The notes below the pieces were generated by a model, which was given only the letters and a program-made list of their open reading frames with translations, searched no databases and had not been told where the DNA came from. A stretch of 64,000 nucleotides of DNA. Source: Octopus sinensis. Lineage: Eukaryota. Position 1 is the first letter of the stretch. Every line of letters begins with the position of its first letter. The stretch lies in the NCBI RefSeq assembly GCF_006345805.1, contig NC_042997.1, positions 62,682,001-62,746,000 on the forward strand, read 5' to 3'. Of the stretch, positions 1 to 11,918 are shown piece by piece. The translations under genes and the position numbers were made by a program.

Positions 1-800
1 GGGAACTGCTACATACTGATGATTTAATTCTTATACTAGACCTTGTGGATGATTTAGAGAAGAAATTCCATAACAAAACAGAACCGAAAGGCTGTAGAGT
101 AAATTTGGTGAAGATTTAGGGTTTAGGCCATGTGCAGTACACAGGAAAAGGTCCAGGTAAGAACTCTATACAGTGTACATGGGGTGAACAAAAGGTGTAC
201 AGTAACTTTGTTAGGATCAATGGAAGTTAACTGATTATAGACTTTGTATGTAGTGTAAATAGTCAGCTGTCAGAACACTAGTAAGATAAATTCTTTTCAA
301 TCCTTGGATGGTTCCATAGAAATGGTTGTAGTTTTTCTTATCTTATTGACATAAATCAACTGCGGAGTGGGGTGCTCTCAAATCATATTAACAAGAATAT
401 GAATACGGTAGGAAAAGTTCTGGGAGCTATTACTATTGCTGGCAACAAGAGAATTCTCTCAAGTGAAGGATACCTTGTATAGTGCTGTACATGGTGTGCA
501 ATGATGTATGGCATTGAAATGTGGGCATTACATTGAGAGGATGTGAAAAGCTTGGAGAGAAATGAAGCAAGCATACTCTGCTGTATATATTATGTAAAAT
601 GTGTTTCAGTGATGTGGAACAGCTGAGCTTAAAGATAAACTGGTTATAATAGAAATCAGATGTAGTGTGCAAGAGAGATGACTAATGTGTATGGATAATA
701 TATGGGTAACAAAGTGCTAGAAGATCCAAGTGGAAAGAAATTGTGGAAGAGGAAAACTAAGGAAGACCTGTACAGAAATGATGAAAGTTGAGTTTTGGTA
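1..800 (+). mobile_element. Degenerate RTE-clade LINE, RT C-terminal/3' part
   Basis: Positions 3-32 read ELLHTDDLIL (YADD motif relic). 480-700 resembles RTE ORF2 C-terminal text (ETWA-like segment, then LERNEASIL, then CSVQER). Many stops and frameshifts. Confidence 0.7.
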
Positions 801-1129
801 TGTTATACTTCTTAAAGATGACAAGGGAATGTAACGAATGATGGATGATGTATTGGAAATGATCCGCCTAACCCATGCAAGCCTGGTAAAGCAGAAGTAA
901 ATAGAATGATAATGCAGAGTGTGGTAGGGGTGTGTGTGTGTTGGCCATGAATTTACTTTAGAAAATGTTTGCCCAAAGTGCTGCATAGTGGAACTAAACT
1001 TGAAGTCGTGTGGTTGAGAAGCAAACTTCCTAACCACATGACCCCCCCCCTCTCAGGTGTGCCTCATGAAGTGTGGTTTCTTGAAAGTAGAAACAAATAT
1101 ATTGATTTCAAAGTTTGGCACAAGACCAG

Positions 1130-1335
1130 CAATTTCGGGGGTGGGGCTTGGCTAAGTCTATTAGATTGACCCCAATGGTACTTATTTTATGGTATTCCCA
1201 ACTGGTACTTATTTTATCAACCCCAAAAGATGACAGGTAAAGTCAACCTGGGAAGCATTTGAACTCAGAACGTGAAAATATGAAATGCTGCTAAGAATTT
1301 TGCCTGGCATACTTAATGATTCTGCCACTTTGCAA
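1130..1335 (-). mobile_element. tRNA-derived SINE (same family as 6429-6646)
   Basis: Reverse complement matches the copies at 6429-6646 and 38803-39012 (gagttcaaat B-box-like segment, ctttcatc...gataaaataagtaccag). Confidence 0.7.
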
Positions 1336-1950
1336 CTTTAGTAAAAACAAATTTTACAAATTCAATGGTCTTTTGCTAACGTGATGTTAAGCTACTTATT
1401 CATTCCTGTTTAACAGAAAGGCCTCCCTTTGAAACTGTGAACTGCTAAAATGATTCAGCTATAGTTTTTTTATTTGCATATCTTTTATTATGTATGAACT
1501 GTTCAGTTTGAAAAAGTGTTAATCCATTGGGGAGCTATCAAATGAGTAATGTGTTAAAAAAAAAAATCATTTTTGTAGACTGATTTGAGAAATGAGTGCT
1601 TGAACATTACCATATAGCAGAAGTGGTCCATCTCTGTTGACCAGACTTGGCTGTTTTGATTTCAGTTTTAAATACAGTCAGTCATTTTTTTTTATAGTGT
1701 GATTGATTCCCCTTGTTGCTAAAGAGAATAGTGTTTTGCAAGTCAGCATACAGTTACCATATTCTTTTATGATGCAGCAGTTGTGTTGTTAAATGTTTTG
1801 GAGACCAGTCTGGTTCTAACCCTCACTCAGATTCTTTATTATTGTCATATAATATTTATTTTCAACATAAGTAATGATACAAATCAAACCACCTGCTTTT
1901 GTTTTTATTGAGAAAAATAAATCAACTATACTTTTGATGTTCAGTCAGTT

Positions 1951-2335
1951 TAATAATAATAATTGTGTACAGTGCTCAGGTGCACTACAACTCATCTAAA
2001 GTGTATATATAATCAGGTGTAGTTTCGACAGATTTCGGAAAGCATGAGGGCCTTAAATGATGCAGTGTCATGGCAGTCAACAACTGACGCAGGCAGCTTA
2101 TTCCATGCTTCAGCAACTCTGAGCGTTTGTGGTGATATGGAAGAATTTCCAACATTGTGATAGATTCAGAAGATGAACTTCAATACTTATGAGCAGCTCT
2201 TGCAGTTTCTGCATGTGGCAAAGCATCTTCAATATTTCATCCATACAATGCTTACAAGACAAGTAGCATCTGGAAAGTGAAACCAAATGAATATGAAAGC
2301 TAGTCAAGTAATTCAAAATGTTTTAATTCTCTAGC
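1951..2335 (-). mobile_element. CR1-like LINE 3' fragment with (TTA)n tail
   Basis: Minus strand reads TLRVAEAWNKLPASVVDCHDTASFK, matching the CR1 ORF2 C-terminal WN.LP..VV...S...FK motif; short AAT-repeat tail at about 1951-1963. Confidence 0.7.
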
Positions 2336-2599
2336 AACTTAACCCTCAAATGTATAATCATAACTTCAAAATGGTTTATAGTGGAAAACATTTCATAGAG
2401 GTACATACTATGTATACATGTATAATCAGGTCATGAACTAAACCCTAATGGGACTCTAATGATCTGAGTAAGGAATTTTGTGTGCAGCCTCAAGCCACAC
2501 ACAAAATTCTTTACTGAAATCATTGCTGACTGTCCCTCTGCACAGTGCTTGTGCATCCGTTACAATTAATTCACTTACCCCTTGTTTCCTTCCTGATCA

Positions 2600-3480
2600 C
2601 ATTATTACAGAGAGCGGAATCTAATCAGAGGCCTTCTACAGGTTGATCAAATACTTTGTATTGGGGTTTAGTCCTAGCTAAGTACTTCTCACTAGGATGA
2701 TGATATTTATAGCACTTAATTTCTACTGCAAAGCTGAATTACACTTCATTAGTTAACTCTTTTTAATGGTGCTACAGCTCTTTCTGTAACTGTTCTTTGG
2801 TTCAACAATTTGATGCGTCCGTAGTTGCCTCTCTCTAGTGCATCTTTTGTCTCGTCATATTTGAGAATGATGACAGTTTTGCCAGTCTTTGGGGATGATA
2901 TTTTTGTACTGTTACTATCTAATTAAAACTTGGTGAGTGACTAGCATATTCTCTACTTAGCCAGATTAAGCATCTCACTGATTATTCCTGATGAGTCAGT
3001 TGCCTTCACTGCTTACATGTCTTACTCCAATAACTGGTTTCTTTGTTTGGTGTATTTAGAGTTGACCCAGTGTCCCTTGTGAATTCTCTTCATTTGACAA
3101 CTTTTCATGATAGCAATTTCATGCCTCTTTCTTTTTATTGTCATTAAGATCAAGTGCTATTTTCCTGATATTCCAATTCTCTTTTGTACATTGTGTTGCA
3201 GCCTGGAGTACCTTAAACCTCTGATTGTTGCAGAACCTGTAAATTTCTTACTTTTTGCTTCTCTCCTTTCTATCTTCTCTTCTAGCAACTTTATAGTGTT
3301 CTCTGCTTCCCCTTTTCTCCTAGTTTGCTTATACCTTGGTTTACAATACTGTCCCAGCACCATGTTACCATCTGTTTGGTTGGAACTGTGTACCAGTCAC
3401 ATCTGGTTTGTAGCTTTCAGCAAGTTGTCCTATAGAAACTTCTGAGTGTTCTATATTATAAATCTCTTTTTCTACCCTTT
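2600..3480 (-). mobile_element. Degenerate RTE LINE, pre-RT/RT N-terminal region
   Basis: Minus strand reads KATDSSGIISEML, KDALERGNYGRIKLLNQ and EKYLARTKP, relics of the RTE RT entry motifs (KAPGPSGI.AEML, KGDA..RGNYRGIKLL, QEKYL). Confidence 0.7.
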
Positions 3481-4689
3481 GTCATGCATTAGCAATAACT
3501 CTGAACCTGCATTTGGTCAAAGGTATTTTCCTTCTCCAGATTGCAGTATGTTTGTTCTTTTCAGGCCACAACAGGAAACATGAACTACTTGGGTTATAAT
3601 AATAATGAAACACTTTCTTTTAACAAGCATCTGGAAACTTCAGATATAAAATTAATTTGTTTGAACTGTATCTTATTTAACGAGATGACTACCTCATTTA
3701 TCATAAGTAATGGAAATATTAGAAATTGTAAACATTAAAAAAAAAAAAAACAACTCAATTTTGGTCATGACCAAAATTTGAATTTGCATCCACAATATTT
3801 TTCTTCCCACTTAAAATCAATTGAAATCTTTGTTAGGATGATTTTACCCACATCAGACCTACATTAATCAACTCTTCGTAATCCTTCCTTGAGAAGAAAG
3901 AGTATCTGAAGATGAAAATTTCCAAACTTTGGCTGAGCAGATGGCCAGTTCCCAACTGTCCACTCCTGACCAAGGCCTTTGACAACTTAATTCTCAGTTC
4001 TGGAATTAAATAAAGTTGGTCAAATATGCTTGCAAATAAGACTAGCATTTGTTCTAATAAAACATAACGGTTGTGACATCAGCAGCATTGAAATTTTCTG
4101 GTGCTTTTTTATCTTGCTCATCTATTCAACAATTTGCTGTCCATTTGGGAAAATGGCCAACATATTTACATTGCTGAATAAACTGCTGTACAGCAAGCAC
4201 AACCACAGTGCTTACAGCCTTTTTCAAGTTTTATCAGTATGATACCTTTCCCTGAATTGCTGTTCTCTGGAACTGACTATGATTGTCTTGTTTTCCTCTG
4301 GTCTGTGATGTTCAGTCCTTTAAGCTTTCTGTCACTTGACATCTTTTAAATTTGTAGACACCACCATATTCCTGTTTGTAGTTTCTTATGGCCTGAAGCC
4401 TGGTTTGGGACAAAAATAAAAATAAAAATAAAATAGCATTGCTCAGGTTCAGTCCTATGGAACAAATAATGCACATGAAGCAAGCAAAGTACCTCTGTTA
4501 AAAATCAGCTTCTCATAAGTTTTGACAGTGCCTTTAAAAGCGAGTGTACTGTACATGCTAGATAACATGAATGTTTCTTTCTATGACTCTGCTTGGAGTG
4601 CTAGGTTCAAGTTGATCTTTGAATAGTAAAGGACAAAGTTTGTATCACATACAGAGACCTTCTTTATACTGGTCTTGCTTAAAAAAAAA

Positions 4690-4860
4690 AATGATGTCCA
4701 GGGTGTACCAAAGTCAGTCAAGGTCCTTTTTACCATGCTGCTAAAATAGTGAACCATCCAGTCTCAAGTGCCTTGATGACCTTGCTGAAGATTTCAAGCA
4801 TCAAATTTATAAAGTACATCCAGGAAATCTGTAAAGCAGCCCTCGTTGACAAAATCAAGT
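4690..4860 (+). mobile_element. Possible R4/Dong-like LINE C-terminal relic
   Basis: Reads PVSSALMTL...KYIQEICKAAL, weakly like the PVVIGALG...EIQK.ALLG terminus seen more clearly at 59979-60115. Confidence 0.3.
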
Positions 4861-5519
4861 GTATAAATGATCACGGACTTCTTAAAATACAATTTCCCTC
4901 AACCTAACTATACTGTAATAATCTAATAATAAAATTTCAAAATGTTGTCAATGAATCTAAACTCCCTTCTGAGGAAAAGGCAGTCAGTTCTTCTGTTTTT
5001 GACATGGTTTGACAGGAAGAAACTGAATTTATTTGATATCTGTCAACTCAAAGATAGAGCTATTTTTTTTTTTAAATATATTTCTACCACACACCTTCTT
5101 AGGGGGTCTTTATAGCACATTGTGTTTCTTAATGCCTCTTGAATATAGTGCATTGCTAATATGTTAAGAATTGTTTGGTATCCATGTGCAATAGGTTGCA
5201 AGATAGTTCTGGAAGATCTGGACAGGACATTGCAGGATTTGCATGTCAATAGATCTGAAATAGGAACAGAACTGTAGTGTTGCCAGGTGTCTTCCATCTC
5301 AGCCTGCTAGTGATCTCAAAAATGGACCAAAGCCATTGAAATCCATACTTTTTAGTATTTTGGACCAATGTTAAAATCTCCAAATTGTCTATAAAAAGGA
5401 GTCACTCTTAGAGATCAGCCTTCTGGTTATTTTGATATAGCAAGACACCTGTTTCTGTCTCACTCTCTCTCTTAATCATCTGACAGAAGATCACCTCCTC
5501 TAATGCCCATTTTCCTCTC

Positions 5520-5850
5520 AAAATTCCTTGTCTTGCAAGTTACTTGGTGACCCTATTGGTGCTGGTGCCACGTAAAAAGCATTCAGTCCACACTGTGAAG
5601 TTGTTGGTATTTGGAAGGGCATCCAACTGTAAAAACCATGCCAGAACTGACCTCTCCTGTGCTGGTGTCATGTAAAAAGCACTCAGTCCACTCTATGGGG
5701 TGGTTGGTGTTAGGAAGGGCATCCAGCCATAAATCCATGCCAAAACAGACACTGTAGCCTGGTGTAGACTTCTACTTGGCTGGCTTCTGTCAAACCATCC
5801 AACCCATACCAACAAGGAAGACGGTATTGTTACCATTATTGATAATAATA
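5520..5850 (+). mobile_element. RTE-3'-tail-related short repeat, dimeric subtype, CpG-decayed
   Basis: Two tandem aaaaagcac..cagtccac...ggaagggcatcca units followed by ccatccaacccat...; same structure at about 30690-31010. Confidence 0.7.
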
Positions 5851-6236
5851 AAATGGTTAGCAAGTTTACACATTTAACGGTAAAATATAAACAAAATTCA
5901 ATATGTGTGTGTGTGTGCGTATGTGATCATCATTTAATGTCTGTTTTCCATGCTGGCATGGGTTGGATGGTGATGTAAACACACACATGATTAGTTTGAA
6001 ATAGAAACCTTGCTCTCTTTCTCCAGTGAAATTGTCTTTTAATCTTAATGCTTTACAAAAATGAAGTCAGTGATAATATTAAATACTACTATTATTATTT
6101 TTTATGCTACTATTTGAATTACATTTGATAATGTTATCAGAAATAGTTCTGTACTGGATCCTTTTACTATGGTGATGGTTGCTGCTATTGTTGTTGCTGT
6201 AAATGAAATTATTATTATTATACAGACAGCATCATT

Positions 6237-6646
6237 AGTGTGGGCAAAATTCTTAGCAGTATTTCTTTTGACTCTATGTTATCAATTCGAATTCTGCTGA
6301 AGTTGAATTTGCCTTTCATCCTTTTGAGGTCAATAAAATAAGTATTAGTGAAACACTGGGGTTGATGTGATTGACTAGTCCCCTACCTCACAAAACTTCA
6401 GGCCTGTACCTTCAATGGAAAGGATTGTGAGCTGGCAGAATTGTTAGCACACTGGACAAAATGCTTAGCGGTATTTCAGCTTTCACTACATTCTGAGTTC
6501 AAATTCCACCAAAGCCAACTTTGCCTTTCATCCTTTCCTGGTCGATAAATTAAGTACCAGTTAAGTACCAGCACTGGGATCGATGTAATTGACTAGTCCC
6601 CTCCCCACAAATTTCAGGCCTTGTGCCTATAGTAGAAAGGATTATT
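6237..6646 (+). mobile_element. Two tandem tRNA-derived SINE copies
   Basis: gagctggcagaattgttagcac...gagttcaaattcc...ctttcatcc...aagtaccag...ggattatt; a partial copy at 6237-6426 and a fuller one at 6429-6646. Confidence 0.75.
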
Positions 6647-7881
6647 GTTGTTATTATTTAAGGCAAGAACTGTATTTTCCTTGGCATTCTCCATTATGCT
6701 AACTACTTTCAGCTGAGCAATCATGTGTACAGTGATAAAGTACCCTGGATGCCTATGAGCAATTATACAAACTTATGTAATTTTTTAGTTTTTTTTCTTT
6801 GTGTTGGTTAGCGCATATTGATTATATATGTGGATTGGCATTTAATACTTCTTTCCATGAACTACATAGTCTTCCAGATTTTAATACAGCCTGCTATAAA
6901 TATAGTTTCATTATTAAATATTTGTTTTTCAAGGTTAAATTTTCCTTGTATCTGTTTTTATTTTGTTAAATTTAAAAATTATGTTTTTCTTTTTACACTG
7001 GATATTGTAACATCTGTTGTATTTCTCTATATGTATTTTTAGTAAAAGCTTTTTTGTTGTTCTACAGTACTGAATAACATTTACATCAAATTATATGTAA
7101 TTTTTTTCTACCAACAATACCAGCTGGTCAATTTTTCTTAACATTGTATTATTTATTACTAAAAGAAATATATTAATGATTACAAATTGAATCCACAACA
7201 ATATATTAAAGCTATTACATAATAGGATCAGTTTAGTTGATTTTTGACTGTGCCTTGAAAATTTGCTGTCATTGTGGCACTATGGGTAGAATGGTAAATT
7301 GAATGCCATACTGTATTTACTTATTTAGTTTGTGTTCTGAGCTCAAATTGTTGCATTCATTACACTTCTAATCACTCCAATAGATTTTCTTTTCTTGTAA
7401 TGAGAAAATTGTTAGTGTGACCATTATCTGCAACCCTTGAGTTGGATAGCTTACAGAAATCTATTTTCCATTTAAACTCAGTTCTCTTTGTAAAATAACA
7501 CCAGTCTAAAATATAGTGGTGCACAGTTACTATCCATATGTTGACCTCTGTTTAATCTTGACCTTTCAACTAAATCAAACTATATTATTGACACCATAAG
7601 AATTTGGTTGAATGCCTGTCATTATTTACAAGAGATGTGAGTTTGTGTCTAAAGGGTTTTTTTTTACCTAATGTTTACATGCTATTATTTATAGCTTTAT
7701 GTACTTTTAAACGACTTATGCATGAGTTGTGGTCATGAATTTTAAGTGCTTATGATACATTATATGTGTTGAAAAATGGAAGGAATAAATTGATTGTTAG
7801 GTACAGCATTGGAGCCACTACTCTTTTTAGTTTTAGGGCTGTTTTTTTCCCCATATGACCTGAAACTTGCATGATTTAGAC

Positions 7882-8069
7882 CAGTGCTCTGCAACCTTTT
7901 TTTTCATTTGCAGCACATTTATATTCTTTTCAAAATTCGGTGGCAGACCTGAACTAAAATAATAACTAAAAGTTTTGGGAAAAAAAAAAATGAAATTCAG
8001 GTTACACTGCACCCTAGCATCGTCTTATGACTCACCAGTGTGCCGTGGCATACTGATTGCAGAGTACTA
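7882..8069. mobile_element. hAT-type MITE (same family as 51973-52156, opposite orientation)
   Basis: Begins cagtgctctgcaacc; internal sequence aligns by eye with the reverse complement of 51973-52156; TSD decayed. Confidence 0.7.
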
Positions 8070-8581
8070 ATTTTACTATGTGAAGTCAAATCCTGAATTT
8101 CTCCTTTGGTCTTGCTGGGTTGAGTGAAATAAAGTACCAGACTGAGATTCTTTTATTTGACTTATCTCACTCTCGTTTCAGTCATTAGACTGCAGCCATG
8201 GTGGAGGCATTACCTTGAAGGGTCAAACAGAGGCATCTGTAAATGCCCCTGTTGACTTCAGTTAGCCTGGTTAAAGTAAGAGTATTAAATATTTTTATTG
8301 TTAAAATATATAAAAGAACCAAACAGCCAGCCATCCAACTGACCAACCATTATATCTGAGTAGGGATCCTCCCATAGTTATATGACCTGATTGAATTCGC
8401 GACCAAAACTCTCATAAATCACACCTTAGAATATTATTAATGTAAAAAGACACATTGGATAATGTAGTTTTAGATAGACAATTGCTAAATATGACTGGAT
8501 GTTCACAGGATGGTTTTGATCAAAGCTATACTAGATGAGGACTAAAAATATCTATGATTGCTTTACTTTGAAGTCAATTAA

Positions 8582-8796
8582 CCCTTTAGCATTTAAACCA
8601 CAACCATATACAGCCAAAATATTCTACCTGTTTTTAGTTCAAACTGACCTGATCCAGTCTATCATGCCTACCCTTCAATGTCATTCTAAGAATAAAACAA
8701 TCACTTCACTGAAATCTTGAAGCTACGAGATAATGCATAATTAATTCAAAACAATCTGAATAAATAAGCATTACATTTGATTTGAATGCTAAAGGG
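8582..8796. mobile_element. piggyBac-type MITE
   Basis: TTAA (8578-8581) CCCTTTAGCATTTAAA ... TTTGAATGCTAAAGGG TTAA (8797-8800): terminal inverted repeats with TTAA target duplication. Confidence 0.85.
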
Positions 8797-8845
8797 TTAA
8801 ACATTTTTAATCCTTTTCTCTCTCTCTCTCTTTTTTTTTTTTCAG

Positions 8846-8942
8846 TCTGAATCAGATGATGACATTTCATCCCGTCATAAATTGAAGAAAAAAAAGAAAT
8901 CTAGATCAGCCTCTCGCTCACCAAGTTATATGTCTGAATCAG
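8846..8942 (+). CDS. PRPF40A: PRPF40 internal coding exon (Ser/Lys/Arg-rich C-terminal region), 97 nt, phase 0 to 1
   Basis: Long polypyrimidine tract ending TTCAG at 8845 and donor GTGAGT at 8943. Translates SESDDDISSRHKLKKKKKSRSASRSPSYMSES+G, matching the S/K/R-rich region after the PRPF40 FF domains; in frame with the next exon. Confidence 0.8.
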
Positions 8943-11703
8943 GTGAGTGATACTAATTCCTAAGTTTGGAAAGCATGTGTATTTATTTATTAGCAGCTTG
9001 TTACAACTACTGGCTATACTTTGGTTTGAGCAGCAGCATTTTAGGGACCATATATATATTTATTTTTACACATTTCTGTAGACCCAGTATACTGGTCCAC
9101 AACCTCTTAGTAAGAATACATTCAGTTACTTTCTTTTATTATTTTCTCAGATTTGCAACTCTCATATATTCTATTTTCCTAAATGCTTATTTAGCTATTT
9201 ATCCAGTTTCAATATATTATTTGCTATTATTTGCGCAGATACCCTGTCTTTTTTTTAATATACTAATAATCTGAGTTCTTCACTTCTGTTTCTCAGCACA
9301 CTAACCATCAGTGTAATTGGATATCCTTATGAGTTGATATCCTTACAGTTGTATGGTAATGTAATCTTAGCTTTAGACAGTTTCACTCTTTATGGTTTCA
9401 TCATAATGAAATTAACATTTTCTTCAAGATGTATCTCTCATCTAGATTTTAATGTTTATCTTAACATCACAATAATAAGGACTATGGTTATGTGTGTACA
9501 TGTGTGTGTTGCATTGTTAGTAATATTTGAAGACCTGACATTTCCAGACCCCTGGTAATAATCTAGTTATGTCAGTTCGGTTACAGACAATATTGTACAG
9601 TTTTAAGGAATATAGTGTAATAAATCGAGCATTTGGCATAGATCACAATGCTTTTATGTTTTTCTCACTTCTATGGAGTGATGGATATTCCTGCCATATG
9701 CATTATGTTCTCACCTTTTAGAACCATACTGCTATAGAAACTTTTTGAAATGCTGCAGACAAGAACAATATACAGGAAAGTGCTGCAAGTGTTGGTTTAT
9801 ATTGGTATTTGCAATCAGAAATTGCTTGTGACAATTTTGTATATAAAACATACAATGACCATCTTTTTGCTTATGCATCAAACTTAATGATGGTTTAAAT
9901 CAATATCCTGAATGTAGTCACTATCAATCAAAGTCATAATGGTGTTTTCAGACTTGCATTATACTTCAGCTAATTAGCTATACATTTATATAAAAGTTAA
10001 TATTTCATTATGCTCTTAAGTATGTCACTTAAAACTTTTTGTCTGAATTGTTTGTGTCTCAATAAAATTAAACCAGTGATTTCTAGGATTAAACAAAACT
10101 GAATGTTTTTTAATCCAAGTAATGCATATTAACAAAATATAAATAAACTGAATTTTCTATCATCAGCTTCCCTGTTGGTTTTCTGAATAACCATTTTAAA
10201 AATATTTTTGAAGCACAATATCCTTGAGGTTATGATATTGACCAACTAATTAATGACTGCCATGAGTTCAACTTGTACCTCTTCATTGGCTATTGTTACT
10301 CATTGATAAAAATACATACCTTTCTCTATCTCAGTCTTCCAGTGAGTGGATTAAGTGGTAGAAAAGGCATGCAGCTGTGAAAAAAAAAACTCATAAGATC
10401 TTTAAGTTTTTACTTAAAATATTGTTGAGAAAATATCAAGTCTGCATCATTTCTCACACAAAGTAACTGAGAAAACCCAGTTAACATTGTTGTGTATGTC
10501 TTCTAGTGTGGACTTTGATTGTCATCATTACTAGAGAGGCTGTGTATGTCAGAAGGACTTTAGACACCATGCTACTGTCTGGCAGTTCTTGCTTGAAGTT
10601 ATTGTGATGCAACTTGTGGAGTTAATGCCGTGCTTGTATATTCTATTTTTAGCATGCTTTCTATAGCTGATTGGTTTTCACTTTACAGAGCATACTAAGT
10701 CAACAGGATGCATTTTATTGTGTCACTGGTACTTGAGAGGTTTTCCCACACATGTAGGAATGAAAGATCCCTTCTGTCTTATATCAGTTCTTATTTAGAT
10801 TTACTGGAGTAACGTGGAATGCAACTTATTGGGTCCCTATAATGGCCATATGTTATAAATGTTTACACTTTAGTCACTGTGGCAAAGTTATATTTTAGTT
10901 GCATGTGTAGTGAGTTGGTTTTATTAACACATCTGAGTATTTCAATTTTAATTTTAATACCCTTCTAAAAAATTTTTTGACATTGAGGGAGAATGTGATT
11001 AGTATTAATAATTATTTTAATTGCCAAGGTAAAACAGTAGACACTCACTTTTCTTAGAAGGAATGTATCATGTTTTTATCATGTGAAGCTTAACTGCAGC
11101 TACAACAGACATGGTGGGAAATTAACACATTGTATTGTAGTTTTAGAATTTTGGTACACCTTATTCTAGAAACCCTGTCTTCAGTGCTAATGGAATTATA
11201 TTCATTTTAATATCATACATGATATGGAGAGGATGGCAAAACAGCCTAGAACTGGATTAAATTATTTCAGACTAACTTTTGTAGCCAATTCCTCTAGTCA
11301 TACATGGATCACTTGTATTTAACTTTTCCAGGATAAATAGAACATTTAAATAGTATAGTATTTAGTGAAAATAAATTGTAAAAAGAGACTGTATATGTGT
11401 GTGTGTCATCATAATTCAAAATTCAGTTGATAAAGGAATGACTGACCAATGAAAACTATGCTGGTACGTGTTTGATGGGCCTGTCATAGTCGTTTATCAT
11501 CTGTTACACAAATTAAATAAAATACTAGTCTCTGTTGTATATGACTTCTTTTTCAATACTCTTGCCCATCAACAACCACTGTACGGCAGCAGTAGATTCT
11601 TCAGACTCAGAATATCTCTTTAGCTTGGACTAAAATGTCCTTGCCACTCCATATTGTTATTTACTTATGCTAGCATGGGTGTGGTGATGGAAAGCAATGT
11701 TAA

Positions 11704-11918
11704 CCCTTTTGGCACTGACTTGTCTAATACTGCCCCTGGTTTCTGATAAAATCGTCTTGACTTAAAGTCATCTAAATCAAAACATTCCATGAAAATTTCA
11801 CGTTAATTTATGTACTAAACACCAGTTTAATAATGGCAAAGCTCTTTTACTAAATTCATCATTAATTGGGTGGGGGAAAAAAGCAGTGTATTTCAAAAGA
11901 AATATGGTAACAAAAGGG
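11704..11918. mobile_element. piggyBac-type MITE, second family
   Basis: TTAA CCCTTTTG ... CAAAAGGG TTAA termini. Confidence 0.7.

Noticed and set aside
1-8845. Upstream PRPF40 FF-domain exons
   Set aside because: I found no splice-flanked open segment with FF-domain or K/R-rich character; the preceding exon appears to lie before the window.
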